Shown here one piece after another: positions 31,147-41,758 of a DNA stretch of 64,000 nucleotides. The notes below the pieces were generated by a model that was not told the DNA's origin, ran no database searches, and worked only from the letters and a program-made list of their open reading frames with translations. Source of the stretch: Sphingopyxis sp. (GTDB taxonomy: Bacteria; Pseudomonadota; Alphaproteobacteria; Sphingomonadales; Sphingomonadaceae); assembly GCA_033764495.1 (NCBI GenBank), contig JANRIY010000050.1, positions 8,617-72,616 on the forward strand. Direction: 5' to 3'. Made by a program: the position numbers and the translations under genes. Every line of letters starts with the position of its first letter. Within the stretch, counting starts at the first letter, position 1.

Positions 31147-32166
31147 ATGGCCCGCAAATTCATCGTACCTGCCACGCTGCTTGCCGCGCCGCTGCTGCTT
31201 GGCGCAGCCTCGGTCGCGGCGCCCGCAGCGCCTGTCCCCGATCTAGGCCAGAGCGCAGTGGCCACCGAAACTGTCGCAACGCCGCTGATCCAGCCCTTTG
31301 ATATCGACGCCTCGAGGCGCATGGCGGTGCCTGTGACCATAGGCGATCAAGGGCCGTTCAGCTTTCTGGTCGATACAGGCGCGGAGCGCACCGTCATTTC
31401 GCGCGAACTGGCGAGCCGGCTGGCATTGGCGCAGGGCCAGCAGCTGCGCCTCGCCACCATCAGCGGCCCCGCCACCGCGCCGTCCTATAAAATTGCGTCG
31501 CTGGCCATGACCGACCTCACGCTGGCGCCCTTTGAAGCGCCGGCACTTTATGGCAATCATATCGGCGCAGCCGGGTTGTTGGGCGTCGATATGCTGCAAG
31601 GCCGCCGCGTGCTTATCGATTTCCGCCGCGAGGAAATGCGTATCAGCGCCAGCCGCCGTAATTTGCGTCCAATAATTCGCGATGATGATGCGATTGTCGT
31701 CACCGCACGCAATCAGGCGGGGCGCCTGATCCTCTCCGATGCGCGCATTGACGGCAAGCGCGTGGACGTGATTGTCGATACCGGTGCCCAAACCAGCATC
31801 GGCAATCTGGCGATGATGCGGCTGGTGAGCCAGCGCGGCGAGAACCGGTTTCCCTTCGTCGCCAGCCAGCTGACCGGCGTGAACGGCGAGACAATACCGG
31901 CTGAAAAAACCGTGCTGCGCCGCATCAATATTGAGGGCATTGATGTCAACGACCTGACCGTCTCTTTCGCCGACAGCCATGCATTTCGCGCGCTCGGCCT
32001 GCGTGACCGCCCAGCGATGCTGCTGGGGATGGACGGGCTGCGGCTGTTCGACCGGATCGAGATTGATTATGCCAACAAACGCATCATCCTCGATCTGCCG
32101 GACGGCGCGGGACGCAGCGGCGGCCAGCGGCTGGCGGCAGGGGCCAAACGCGCGCGCGCATCCTGA
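31147..32166 (+). CDS. exported retropepsin-like aspartic protease with two tandem DTG domains
   Basis: SD GGAGAGGA (31131-31138). Signal peptide. DTG at 31372-31380 (FLVDTGAERT) and at 31777-31785 (VIVDTGAQTS). Confidence 0.7.
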   Translation: MARKFIVPATLLAAPLLLGAASVAAPAAPVPDLGQSAVATETVATPLIQPFDIDASRRMAVPVTIGDQGPFSFLVDTGAERTVISRELASRLALAQGQQLRLATISGPATAPSYKIASLAMTDLTLAPFEAPALYGNHIGAAGLLGVDMLQGRRVLIDFRREEMRISASRRNLRPIIRDDDAIVVTARNQAGRLILSDARIDGKRVDVIVDTGAQTSIGNLAMMRLVSQRGENRFPFVASQLTGVNGETIPAEKTVLRRINIEGIDVNDLTVSFADSHAFRALGLRDRPAMLLGMDGLRLFDRIEIDYANKRIILDLPDGAGRSGGQRLAAGAKRARAS

Positions 32167-32211
32167 TCGGCCTTGCCGCAAGCGGCGCGGCGAGTTAGCG
32201 CCGTTGGGGTG

Positions 32212-32922
32212 ATGGAAACTGCGACGCCTGACCCATTTGCCTTTGATTTCGCGGGGGAACGCTGGTCAGCGACGCCGGAAGGTGCGCTGTTCTGGCCGCG
32301 TCGCCGCGTGCTGTTGGTTGCCGACCTGCACCTGGAAAAGGCGAGCTGGTTTGCCGCGCATGGCCAGCCCCTGCCTCCCTATGACAGCCGAATCACCATG
32401 GCGGTGCTGGCGGTGGTGGCCGCCCGCCTCGTCCCCGACGAAATCTGGTGTCTGGGCGACAGCTTCCACGACCATGGCGGCCAGGCGCGGCTCGACCCAG
32501 CGGCGGCTACGCTATTGGCTCAACTCGCCGCCCGCCACCGCTGGCGCTTCATTGCGGGCAACCATGACGGGCTGCCGGATGGGCAGTGGGGCACTCAATC
32601 GTGCGAAGAGTGGATCGAGCAAGGCATTGTTTTTCGCCATGAGCATGACCCTGCCGACCCGCGACCCCAGATTTCCGGCCACTTCCATCCCAAAACGCTG
32701 GTACAAATGCGCGGACGACAGGTGCGCCGCGCCTGTTTTGCTTGCGGGGCCGGTGTTCTGATCCTGCCCGCATTCGGCAGTCTGACCGGTGGTCTGGACA
32801 TCGATGATCCTACGATCGCACGGCTCTTCGCTGGACCCTATGCCGCCTTGGTTCCCACGGCGCAGGGGCTCGCCCGCTTTGCCCGCGCGCCTGTGGCGAA
32901 AATGTCGCATATCCCCGAATAA
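32212..32922 (+). CDS. pdeM: ligase-associated DNA damage response endonuclease PdeM (metallophosphoesterase)
   Basis: ATG at 32212 (TTG at 32173 is also possible). Metallophosphoesterase motifs ADLHLEK, GDSFHD, GNHD and GHFHP. Confidence 0.75.
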   Translation: METATPDPFAFDFAGERWSATPEGALFWPRRRVLLVADLHLEKASWFAAHGQPLPPYDSRITMAVLAVVAARLVPDEIWCLGDSFHDHGGQARLDPAAATLLAQLAARHRWRFIAGNHDGLPDGQWGTQSCEEWIEQGIVFRHEHDPADPRPQISGHFHPKTLVQMRGRQVRRACFACGAGVLILPAFGSLTGGLDIDDPTIARLFAGPYAALVPTAQGLARFARAPVAKMSHIPE

Positions 32923-33017
32923 TATGCGGTTTTTGCTGCACCGCGCCTAGCAACATGGCCGTTGCTCGCTATTACGGTGCCATAAAGAAAAATGGTTTGA
33001 TTGGAGAGGATCACATT

Positions 33018-35786
33018 ATGAACAAATTCCGCTCGACGGGCGTGGCCAATTTGTTGCGCGGCTCGGCTCTCGGTTTCTCGCTGGCGGTCGCTGTCGTCGC
33101 GATGCCCGCCGTGGCGCAGGATGCTGAAGCTCCGGCCGAAGAAGAGATCGCGGACGACGCCATCGTCGTGACCGCGCAGGGCCGATCACAGCTCCTGTCC
33201 GACGTTCCTGTCGCCATTTCGGCGGTCAACGCCGAAACGTTGCAGAACAGCGGCGCCAACGACATTCGCCAGCTCAATCAGGTGGCGCCGTCGCTGCTCG
33301 TGTCGTCAACGGGTAGCGAGGCCAATGGATCGGCGCGTATTCGCGGGATCGGCACGGTCGGCGACAACCCCGGTCTGGAGAGCTCGGTGCCGGTGTTTAT
33401 CGACGGCGTCTACCGTTCGCGCTCGGGCATCGGCCTTAACGAGCTCGGCGAAATCGACCGGGTCGAGGTGCAGCGCGGTCCGCAGGGCACGCTGGGTGGC
33501 CGCAACTCGTCGGCGGGCCTCATCAGCATCTATTCCAAGCGGCCTCGCTTCGAATTCGGTGCCAATGGCGAGGCGACATATGGCAATTATGATTTCCTGC
33601 GCTTTACCGGCAGCGTTACGGGCCCCATCACCGACACCATCGCCGCGCGTCTCGACGGCGTCTATGTCAAGCGCGACGGCTTTTACCGCGACACGACCAA
33701 CAACACCGACGTCAATGATCGCAACCGTTATTTCGTGCGCGGCCAATTGCTGTTCGAACCCAGCGACGCGGTCTCGTTCCGCCTGATCGCGGATTATACC
33801 TATCGCGATGAAAAATGCTGCGCGGCGACCTATGTCGACAGCTCGGTCAACCAGTTCATCGGCAACCTCAACAATCCGTCGACCCCGCTCGCGCCGCTCC
33901 AGCAGAATGGCAACAACATCATCAACGTGCTGCGCGATCTGGGCCAACCGTTGGCGGCGTTCAACCAGGGCTATGGCCGCGGTATCTCGGTCACTCAGGG
34001 CCGAAGCTTTGCTGGTGAGACCAAGGATTATGGTATTTCGGGTGAACTCGAATGGGATATCGGCGGTGCCACGCTGACGTCGATTACCGCCTACCGCGAA
34101 TATCGCTCGGGCCAGGCGTCGGACACCGATTATGGCGCGGTTGACATCCTCTATCGCGCCCCCAGCGACGATGCCTATCGCCAGTTCCACACCTTCACGC
34201 AGGAAGTTCGTCTGCAGGGTGAGGCATTCGATGGCAAGCTCGACTGGCTCGTCGGCGGCTTCTACGCCAATGAAAAGCTCACAGTGCGCGACAATCTGCG
34301 CTTCGGTTCGCAATATGGCCGCTTTGCAAATTGCCGCATCATCTCGGGCGGCGGTCTGGCCGGGCTCTATTCGCCGACCAGCCCCTTGTGCGTCGCCCCG
34401 GGCGTCGGCCCGGCAACACTGGCCGGTGCCACCGGCGCATCGGGGCCTGACATTGTCGCGGCCTTCACCGCGCTCGATGGCCTCAGCGATCGCGGCACGA
34501 TTAACGACCGCTATTTCCAAGAGGGCAATAACTGGGCGTTGTTCACCCACAATATCATCCACATCACCGACACGGTCGATTTGACGCTCGGCTTGCGTTA
34601 TACGAACGACAAGAAGGATTTCGACGCCACCTTCAGCAACGACAATACCGTTTGTACGACCATTCAAGGACTGGTGTCGGATGATCTGGCCAGCACCAAC
34701 GCCACCGCGCGGGCGCTTGCCGGTGCACTGATCGGTCTCGGCTGTCAGGGCAACTCGACCGCCGAACTCAACGGCGTGTCGATCAATGACAGCCGCAGCG
34801 AGGACGAATGGACCGGCACCGCCATCCTGTCGTGGAAGCCGATTGATGACCTTCTGGTCTACGGCAGCTTCGCGCGCGGTTATAAGGCGGGTGGGTTTAA
34901 CCTCGATCGCTCGGCGCTCAAATCGTCGGTCCCGACCTTTGCCTCGGTCGGCGGCGCGCAGGCGCTGGTCGGCAATCTCCAGTTCGACCCCGAACTGGTC
35001 GACAGCTATGAAGTCGGCGCGAAATATTCGAGCGGAGCGTTCAGCGCCAGCCTGTCGGCCTTCCGCTCGGACTTCAGCAACTTCCAGCTGAACACCTTCA
35101 ACGGCTCGGTGTTCCTGGTCGCCACGGTCAATGGCTGCGACAATCTGGTCGGCGGCCCCGGCGCGGATAGTGATCTCAGCAACGCCACCGGCACCTGCGC
35201 GCCCGGCGATGTGACTTATGGCGTGCGCACTCAGGGCTTCGAGCTTGAAACGTCGCTGTCGCCGGTGCGCAACTTCCGTGTCGCCGCTGGTCTCACCTAT
35301 GCGCGGACCAAATATCGCAGCGACCTCATCGGTACGGAAAGCGGCCTGGTGCCGCTCGATGCTGCCCTCCGCGTTCTGCCGGGCAAAAATCTGTCGAACG
35401 CGCCAGAATTTGTTGCCACCAGCAGCATCACCTGGACGCCGGACATCGGCAGCAATGGACTCACTGGTCTCGTCTATATCGATGGCCGCCTTACCAGCGA
35501 TTACAACACCGGGTCGGACCTGTTCCCGCAAAAGGCGCAGGACGGCTTTGCATTGTTCAACGCACGCGTTGGCCTGCGCGGGCCCGATGAAAAATGGAGC
35601 ATCGAGCTGTGGGGGCAGAATATCTTCAACAAACAATATGCGCAGGTCGCCTTTAACTCACCCTTCCAGGCGGGCACCACGGCGGCGCCGTTTGTTGATC
35701 CCAACTATCCCGGCGGCCGCCAGATCTTCTCGCAGTTCCTTGCCGAACCGCGCACTTATGGCATCACGCTGCGCGGCAGCTTCTGA
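33018..35786 (+). CDS. TonB-dependent receptor
   Basis: SD GGAGAGGA (33003-33010), then ATG at 33018. Signal peptide ending AVAQD. Plug-domain motifs and a C-terminal ...YGITLRGSF beta-signal. Confidence 0.9.
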   Translation: MNKFRSTGVANLLRGSALGFSLAVAVVAMPAVAQDAEAPAEEEIADDAIVVTAQGRSQLLSDVPVAISAVNAETLQNSGANDIRQLNQVAPSLLVSSTGSEANGSARIRGIGTVGDNPGLESSVPVFIDGVYRSRSGIGLNELGEIDRVEVQRGPQGTLGGRNSSAGLISIYSKRPRFEFGANGEATYGNYDFLRFTGSVTGPITDTIAARLDGVYVKRDGFYRDTTNNTDVNDRNRYFVRGQLLFEPSDAVSFRLIADYTYRDEKCCAATYVDSSVNQFIGNLNNPSTPLAPLQQNGNNIINVLRDLGQPLAAFNQGYGRGISVTQGRSFAGETKDYGISGELEWDIGGATLTSITAYREYRSGQASDTDYGAVDILYRAPSDDAYRQFHTFTQEVRLQGEAFDGKLDWLVGGFYANEKLTVRDNLRFGSQYGRFANCRIISGGGLAGLYSPTSPLCVAPGVGPATLAGATGASGPDIVAAFTALDGLSDRGTINDRYFQEGNNWALFTHNIIHITDTVDLTLGLRYTNDKKDFDATFSNDNTVCTTIQGLVSDDLASTNATARALAGALIGLGCQGNSTAELNGVSINDSRSEDEWTGTAILSWKPIDDLLVYGSFARGYKAGGFNLDRSALKSSVPTFASVGGAQALVGNLQFDPELVDSYEVGAKYSSGAFSASLSAFRSDFSNFQLNTFNGSVFLVATVNGCDNLVGGPGADSDLSNATGTCAPGDVTYGVRTQGFELETSLSPVRNFRVAAGLTYARTKYRSDLIGTESGLVPLDAALRVLPGKNLSNAPEFVATSSITWTPDIGSNGLTGLVYIDGRLTSDYNTGSDLFPQKAQDGFALFNARVGLRGPDEKWSIELWGQNIFNKQYAQVAFNSPFQAGTTAAPFVDPNYPGGRQIFSQFLAEPRTYGITLRGSF

Positions 35787-35808
35787 TCGCCTGACCGGTT
35801 CAGCAAAA

Positions 35809-35842
35809 GGCCCGTCCACCCCAGCGGTGGGCGGGCCTTTTT
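35809..35842 (+). terminator. intrinsic terminator after the TonB-dependent receptor, probably bidirectional
   Basis: GGCCCGTCCACC-CCAGC-GGTGGGCGGGCC forms a 12-bp stem with one G-U pair, followed by TTTTT (35838-35842). AAAA lies on the other side, serving the convergent yggS. Confidence 0.8.
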
Positions 35843-35899
35843 CTATTGTTTCAACTGCGGTGAAACGACCGGCACCGGCCCATGTAAGTGGAACGAAAC

Positions 35900-36565
35900 T
35901 TAACTCCGCGCGCCGAACAGCGCAGTACCAACGCGTACATGCGTCGCGCCCAGCATCACCGCGGTGGCAAAATCGCCGCTCATCCCCATACTGCGCAGCG
36001 GTAAGGCGTGCCGGTCGGCCAGCTCGGCGAGCAGCGCGAAATAGGGCGCGGCTTCAGTATCGGCGGGCGGAATCGCCATCAGCCCGCCAATGGCCAGCCC
36101 TGCATCTTTTGCCTCGGCCAGCAATGCCGGAAGTCCGCCAATCGCCACCCCGCCCTTCTGCGGCTCGTCGCCGATATTCACTTGCACGAACAAGGTCGGC
36201 TGCTTCCCTGCCTTGTCGCAGGCCCGCGCCAGTGCCGTCACCAGCGACGACCGGTCGAGCGAATGCACGGCATCGAACAGCGCCACTGCCTCGTCCGCCT
36301 TGTTGGATTGCAACTGGCCGATCAGATGCAGCGCTATGCCGGGCGTTGCGGCGCGCAGCGCGGGCCATTTACCTGCCGCCTCCTGCACCCGGTTTTCGCC
36401 AAACACGCGCTGACCGGCGGCAATCAGCGGCACTATGGCGGCGGCGTCGTGCGTCTTGCTCACCGCGATCAGCGTCACATCATGTGCCTCGCGTCCGGCC
36501 CTGCGCGCCGCTGCGGCGATGTCCTGCTTTACGTCAATCAGCCGCTGCGCTGCATCTTCGGTCAT
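35900..36565 (-). CDS. yggS: YggS family pyridoxal-phosphate homeostasis protein
   Basis: The internal ATG at 36563-36565 gives MTEDAAQRLIDVKQDI...LIAVSKTH...FGENRVQE...HLIGQLQSNK (221 aa). The ORF-track extension to 36973 is rejected. Confidence 0.85.
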   Translation of the reverse strand: MTEDAAQRLIDVKQDIAAAARRAGREAHDVTLIAVSKTHDAAAIVPLIAAGQRVFGENRVQEAAGKWPALRAATPGIALHLIGQLQSNKADEAVALFDAVHSLDRSSLVTALARACDKAGKQPTLFVQVNIGDEPQKGGVAIGGLPALLAEAKDAGLAIGGLMAIPPADTEAAPYFALLAELADRHALPLRSMGMSGDFATAVMLGATHVRVGTALFGARS

Positions 36566-36614
36566 TGGGGGCCTCTTGCTTGTGCCGGTCGAAGCCGTGC
36601 CTATAGGTGCGTTC

Positions 36615-37214
36615 ATGGTTTCTTGTAATCCCTCGCGCAGCTGGCTGCTCACCGATGCGCGGCTCGCCGGGCACGGGCTGGCAGCGGCGCAACGCTTGCC
36701 GCCCGGTAGCACGATTGTCCTGCGCAGCGATAAACTTGCCCCGGCTGCGCGGCGTGTGCTTGCGATCAGGCTCAAGCGCATCTGCCGCGCCCGTCGGCTG
36801 CGGCTGCTTGTGGCGGGTGACGATATTGGTATGGCGCGGCGGATAGGTGCCGACGGCGTGCATTTGCGAAGCCGCTCGGCGCGGTTGGCAGGGGCTGCAC
36901 GCCGCGCCGGCCTTCGCGTCAGCGCACCGGTGCATAACTGGCAAGAGGCGCGCGCGGCGGCGCGTGCGCGCATCGATTATGCGCTGATTTCGCCGCTCTA
37001 TGCGACCCGCAGTCATCCGGACGCTTCACCAATTGGACAGCGTTGCTTTATCCGGCTGGCGGTGGCGGCGCGCGCTGCACCGGTCGCGCTTGGTGGGATG
37101 ACGGCGGCGCGCCACCGCGCGCTATGTTTGCGCTGCAGCCATATCAGGCCCGGCTGGGCCGCCATCGATGCGTGGGAAATCGGGCGCAGACCAACGCCGG
37201 CAGTTTCCGTCTAA
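36615..37214 (+). CDS. thiamine phosphate synthase (ThiE/TenI) family protein
   Basis: ATG at 36615. LLTDARL...VVLRSDKL......GADGVHL......ISPLYAT.SHP...P.G resembles the TMP-TENI fold. Divergent. Confidence 0.5.
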   Translation: MVSCNPSRSWLLTDARLAGHGLAAAQRLPPGSTIVLRSDKLAPAARRVLAIRLKRICRARRLRLLVAGDDIGMARRIGADGVHLRSRSARLAGAARRAGLRVSAPVHNWQEARAAARARIDYALISPLYATRSHPDASPIGQRCFIRLAVAARAAPVALGGMTAARHRALCLRCSHIRPGWAAIDAWEIGRRPTPAVSV

Positions 37215-37239
37215 CGAAACCAGAACCCATTTCGCAGGG

Positions 37240-37935
37240 TCAGAAACGGAACTGCGTACCCACATAGACCGCCTGATTGTCACGCTGGTCGTTGGTCAGC
37301 GGACCAAGGCGCTCATCGCTCGAATAGCGCACCCCGGCGGTCACATCGATATTGCGGCTGACGCGGTACCGCCCGCTCAGGTCCACTTCCTGCCCGGCGG
37401 CCGGTGCGCCAGCGCGCGGAGTTGCGCCCACGGGATCAGCGGCAACGCTGCTGACGCGCGAGGCAAAGCGCGACGGCCTACCTTCGCGTTCCTCCGGAGC
37501 GCGCACCTGCGGTAAATTGCGGATGTCGAGCCCACGCCCAACTTGCGGCAAAACAAACTTTTCAAAGCCAACCGACTTGCCCAGATTATAGGCGACGGGA
37601 GCAATTGTCACCGGTTGGCTAGCGCCGCCGACCAGCGCGCGCGTGCGGGCTGCGTCTCCGACGGGCGCGCCGTCGCGGGCACGCACCACCACGGTAATCG
37701 CGCGATTGGCCTGTCCGCTAGCAACGACCGGCGTAAAGCTGAAATTCTGGCGCGCCCGCTCAGACACCTGCGCATATCGGGCGATCAAGCGCGGATCCCC
37801 CGCGGCGGGCGTAAACTGACCGAGCAGTGCGTTTGACAGGCCGGTTTCGCGGATCCGGTCGGTGCGGCTCATTGCGGCCAGTGCGGGCGGCAGCGCAAGC
37901 GCAGCGAGGGCCGCAACCGCAACCCCCCGCTTCAT
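37240..37935 (-). CDS. hypothetical exported protein with an OMP-like C-terminal beta-signal
   Basis: ATG at 37933-37935 (MKRGVAVAALAALALPPALAA). The C-terminus ...AVYVGTQFRF ends in Phe. No family recognised. Confidence 0.45.
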   Translation of the reverse strand: MKRGVAVAALAALALPPALAAMSRTDRIRETGLSNALLGQFTPAAGDPRLIARYAQVSERARQNFSFTPVVASGQANRAITVVVRARDGAPVGDAARTRALVGGASQPVTIAPVAYNLGKSVGFEKFVLPQVGRGLDIRNLPQVRAPEEREGRPSRFASRVSSVAADPVGATPRAGAPAAGQEVDLSGRYRVSRNIDVTAGVRYSSDERLGPLTNDQRDNQAVYVGTQFRF

Positions 37936-38207
37936 CCAGTTTGCCCCACGCTCTGTCATTGTCACAAACGACTCCAGCCAACCTTTGTTACATAGGCGTT
38001 GGTGGCCATATTGCAAAGCGCGCTAACCAGAAAATTGGCGAGGTAAACCGGCAAGCTCGAGAATCATGCCGCGCTGTTGCAATGAGTCCACACCTGCTGC
38101 AGTCCGCCCCGCTTGCCCGCCCCCGCGAACATGGCTAGAGCAGGCTACCAACAGGATCATGCGCCCGCCAGGCACGCGGCTACGCCAAGGAAAGACAAGA
38201 TACAGCG

Positions 38208-38648
38208 ATGATTCCCATGAACCAAGCAACCCGACTGATTGTGGCTGGCGCCGCACTCGCCATGCTGACGGCATGTGGCGGCAAGGAACGCCCGCGCGCC
38301 GATGTCGCTGCCTCGCAGGTTACCACTATCGGGGTGAACAGCTTTTTGTGGCGCGCTTCGCTCGACGCTCTGTCGTTCATGCCGTTGCTGCAGGCCGATT
38401 CGTCAGGCGGTGTTATCATCACCGACTGGTATGCCAATCCGTCGAACCCCAATGAACGGATGAAGGTCACCGTTTCGATCCTCGACCGCGATTTGCGCGC
38501 CGATGCGCTGCGCGTTGCGGCCTCGCGGCAGGTGGCGCAGGGCGGAACCTGGGTCGATGCACCGGTGCAGGCGGCGACCGTGCAAAAGCTGGAGGAGATC
38601 ATCCTTACCCGCGCCCGCGACCTGCGCCAAAGCGCGATCGAAGGCTGA
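38208..38648 (+). CDS. DUF3576 domain lipoprotein
   Basis: Lipobox LTAC. NSFLWRASLDALSFMPLLQADSSGGVIITDWY matches the DUF3576 signature. Conserved position upstream of leuS in Alphaproteobacteria. Confidence 0.75.
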   Translation: MIPMNQATRLIVAGAALAMLTACGGKERPRADVAASQVTTIGVNSFLWRASLDALSFMPLLQADSSGGVIITDWYANPSNPNERMKVTVSILDRDLRADALRVAASRQVAQGGTWVDAPVQAATVQKLEEIILTRARDLRQSAIEG

Positions 38649-38699
38649 ATTTCTTGAACTGAACATGCGGCCGCGTCCGACGGCCGAAAAGGATATCGC

Positions 38700-41249
38700 A
38701 TGACCCGCGACCCGCGCTTCTCGCCGCTCGCCGCCGATGCGCGCTGGCAGGCAGCATGGGAGGCGTCGGCCAGCTTCCGTGCCGACGATGCCAGCCCCAA
38801 ACCGCGCGCCTATGTGCTCGAAATGTTTCCCTATCCCTCGGGGCGCATCCACATGGGGCATGTGCGCAACTATACGATGGGCGACGTCATCGCGCGATTC
38901 AAGAAGATGACGGGGCACGAAGTGCTCCATCCGATGGGCTGGGACGCGTTTGGCATGCCAGCGGAAAATGCCGCGATGGAAAAGGGGGTGCACCCAGGCG
39001 GCTGGACCTATGCCAATATCGCTGCGATGCGCGGTCAGTTGAAACGCCTTGGCCTCGCTATCGACTGGAGCCGCGAACTCGCCACCTGCGATGCCGCTTA
39101 TTATGGTCAGGAACAGGCGCTGTTCCTTGACCTGTTCGCCGCTGGCCTCGTCTATCGCAAGGAAAGCTTCGTCAACTGGGATCCGGTCGATATGACCGTG
39201 CTCGCCAATGAGCAGGTGATCGATGGGCGAGGCTGGCGCTCGGGCGCGCTGGTCGAACGGCGCAAGCTGTCGCAATGGTTCCTGAAAATCACCGACTTTG
39301 CCGACGATCTGCTCGCTGGCCTCGGCACGCTTGACCAATGGCCCGACAAGGTGCGGCTGATGCAGGAAAACTGGATCGGCAAGTCGGTTGGCATGCAGTT
39401 CGCCTTCCGCTTTGTCGGCGGCAAGCCCGCGTTCGACGTGTTCACGACGCGCCCCGACACGCTCTACGGGGCCAGCTTCACTGCGATTTCGCCCGACCAT
39501 CCGCTCGCCGCAGACCTCGCCGCGAACAGCCCGGAGCTTGCCGATTTCATCGCCCGCTGCCGTCAGCAGGGGACCAGCGCGGCCGAGGTTGAAACCGCCG
39601 AAAAAATGGGTTTCGACACAGGCCTAGCGGTTGAACATCCGCTCGACCCCGCCCGGCATCTGCCCGTCTGGGTGGTCAACTATGTGCTGATGGATTATGG
39701 CACCGGCGCGATTTTCGGCTGCCCGGCGCACGACCAGCGCGACCTCGATTTCGCGCGCAAATACGACCTGCCGGTGATCCGCGTGATTGCCGATGGTGAC
39801 AATAATGACCCGCATTTCACCGGCGACGAAGCATACACTGGCCCGGGCAAAGTGGTGAACAGCCATTTCCTTGACGGCATGACCATTGAGGAAGCCAAGG
39901 CGGCGATCATTGCGCGCGCCGAACATGACGGCTGGGGCAAAGGGACCACCGTGTGGCGGCTGCGCGATTGGGGCGTGTCGCGCCAGCGCTATTGGGGTAC
40001 GCCCATCCCCTTCATCCACTGCGATGCGTGCGGCGTGGTGCCGGTGCCCAAGGATCAGCTGCCCGTTACGCTGCCCGACGATGTCAGCTTCGCCATTCCG
40101 GGTAACCCGCTCGACCGCCACCCGACATGGAAGCACGTCCTCTGCCCCCAATGCGAGCAGGCGGCGCGGCGTGAAACCGACACGCTGGATACTTTCGTTG
40201 ATTCGAGCTGGTATTTTCTGCGCTTCGCCAGCGCGCCCGCCGATGCGCCCTTTGATCCGGCGGTGGTGCAGCGCTGGTTGCCGGTCACCCAATATATCGG
40301 TGGGGTCGAACATGCGATCCTGCACCTGCTCTACGCCCGCTTCTGGACCCGTGCGCTCCAGCATATGGGCAAGCTAGACTTTGCCGAACCCTTTGCGGCG
40401 CTGTTTACGCAAGGCATGGTGACGCACGAAACATATAGCCGCGATCAAGGCCAAGGGCTGCCGCCGCTTTTTTTCACGCCGGATGAAGTTGACCGCTCCG
40501 CCGACGGCGCGAAGCTGCAGGCGGACGGTGCACCGGTTGACATCGGCCGCGTCATCAAAATGTCGAAGTCGAAAAAGAATGTCGTCGATCCCGACGCCAT
40601 CCTCGACCAATATGGCGCCGACGCGGTGCGCTGGTTCATGCTGTCGGACAGCCCGCCCGAACGCGACCTGCCGTGGAGCGAAGCGGGGATTGAAGGCGCA
40701 TGGCGCTTTGTCCAGCGGCTTTGGCGCCTGTTTGGTGAGGCAGAAAAGACCGGCGATGGCAGCGTCGACAAGCCGCTCGCTCGCGCTCTGCATCAGGCCA
40801 TTGCGGGCTGCGCGCAGGATATCGAGGCGCTTCAGTTCAACAAGGCGGTCGCCAAAATCCACGCGCTCGCGAATGCGGTCGAAAAGGCTGCCCCTTCGGC
40901 AACGCGGGCCGAAGCCTGCGCCACGCTCATCCGCCTAATCGCGCCGATGATGCCGCATCTCGCCGAAGAAGGCTGGGCCGGGCTGCCGCCTGCGTTGCGC
41001 CCCACCCTGCTTGTCGCCGATGCACCTTGGCCCGAGGTCGACTCCAGCTTGTTGGTCGAGGATGAAGTGACGATCGCCATCCAGATGATGGGCAAGCTGC
41101 GCGAAACCATCACCGTGGCCAAGGGATTGCCGCGTGAAGAGCTGGAGGCCGCCGCGCTGGCCGCGCCGCGCATCATCGAATTGCTGGCGGGGGCGAGCCC
41201 TAAAAAGGTGATTGTCGTGCCCGACCGGCTGGTCAATATCGTCACCTGA
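38700..41249 (+). CDS. leuS: leucine--tRNA ligase
   Basis: 849 aa with a HIGH-type motif ([13 protein letters not shown]) and KMSKS (IKMSKSKKN). Confidence 0.97.
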   Translation: MTRDPRFSPLAADARWQAAWEASASFRADDASPKPRAYVLEMFPYPSGRIHMGHVRNYTMGDVIARFKKMTGHEVLHPMGWDAFGMPAENAAMEKGVHPGGWTYANIAAMRGQLKRLGLAIDWSRELATCDAAYYGQEQALFLDLFAAGLVYRKESFVNWDPVDMTVLANEQVIDGRGWRSGALVERRKLSQWFLKITDFADDLLAGLGTLDQWPDKVRLMQENWIGKSVGMQFAFRFVGGKPAFDVFTTRPDTLYGASFTAISPDHPLAADLAANSPELADFIARCRQQGTSAAEVETAEKMGFDTGLAVEHPLDPARHLPVWVVNYVLMDYGTGAIFGCPAHDQRDLDFARKYDLPVIRVIADGDNNDPHFTGDEAYTGPGKVVNSHFLDGMTIEEAKAAIIARAEHDGWGKGTTVWRLRDWGVSRQRYWGTPIPFIHCDACGVVPVPKDQLPVTLPDDVSFAIPGNPLDRHPTWKHVLCPQCEQAARRETDTLDTFVDSSWYFLRFASAPADAPFDPAVVQRWLPVTQYIGGVEHAILHLLYARFWTRALQHMGKLDFAEPFAALFTQGMVTHETYSRDQGQGLPPLFFTPDEVDRSADGAKLQADGAPVDIGRVIKMSKSKKNVVDPDAILDQYGADAVRWFMLSDSPPERDLPWSEAGIEGAWRFVQRLWRLFGEAEKTGDGSVDKPLARALHQAIAGCAQDIEALQFNKAVAKIHALANAVEKAAPSATRAEACATLIRLIAPMMPHLAEEGWAGLPPALRPTLLVADAPWPEVDSSLLVEDEVTIAIQMMGKLRETITVAKGLPREELEAAALAAPRIIELLAGASPKKVIVVPDRLVNIVT

Positions 41250-41758
41250 TGCGTCTGATTTTTCTCCTTGCTCCACTACTGCTGGCTGCTTGCGGGCTGC
41301 AGCCGCTCTATAGCGCAGGGGGCAAGGGCGTGGTTGCCGAAACACTTGCCGATGTCCGCGTCGCCCCGATTGAAGGGCAAGCCGGCTGGCTGGTGCGCAA
41401 CGCGCTGCGCGACCGTCTGGTCGCGGCGCAGGGCGGCGAAGGACCGGGCGAACGCTTCCGTCTCGACATCAAGCTTGAAGATAGCATCACCGGCTTTGGC
41501 GTGCGCGCCGACGATTCGGTTACGCGCGAGCGCCGCACGCTGCGCGCGCGCTACCAGCTGGTCGAAGCAGCGACGGGCGAGGTGCTGCTCGACGCCACCG
41601 CCACGTCGGACGCAGGCATCGATGTTGTCGGCAGCGAATTCGCTACTATTGCGGCTGAACAAAGCGCTCAGGAACGCCTCGCCCAAGCCATTGCCGACCA
41701 GATTGTCGCGCGCCTGGCCGTCTTCGCGCGCCGCCGTGCTGCCGCGCCGGGGCGATGA
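41249..41758 (+). CDS. lptE: LPS-assembly lipoprotein LptE
   Basis: ATG at 41249 shares one nt with the leuS TGA. Lipobox LLAAC. Conserved leuS-lptE-holA order. Confidence 0.7.
   Translation: MRLIFLLAPLLLAACGLQPLYSAGGKGVVAETLADVRVAPIEGQAGWLVRNALRDRLVAAQGGEGPGERFRLDIKLEDSITGFGVRADDSVTRERRTLRARYQLVEAATGEVLLDATATSDAGIDVVGSEFATIAAEQSAQERLAQAIADQIVARLAVFARRRAAAPGR

Noticed and set aside
33306-35636. A 776-aa ORF antisense to the TonB-dependent receptor. Similar long shadow ORFs occur at 17686-19101, 5578-7026, 44655-46034, 46346-47752, 47967-49217, 35218-36606, 2862-4070, 12922-14085, 11603-12748 and 51272-52483.
   Set aside because: Their translations are Arg/Ala/Gly/Pro-rich, low in complexity and without recognisable motifs. 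Each lies opposite or out of frame to a gene with clear family signatures. Long stop-free antisense frames are expected at about 65% GC.
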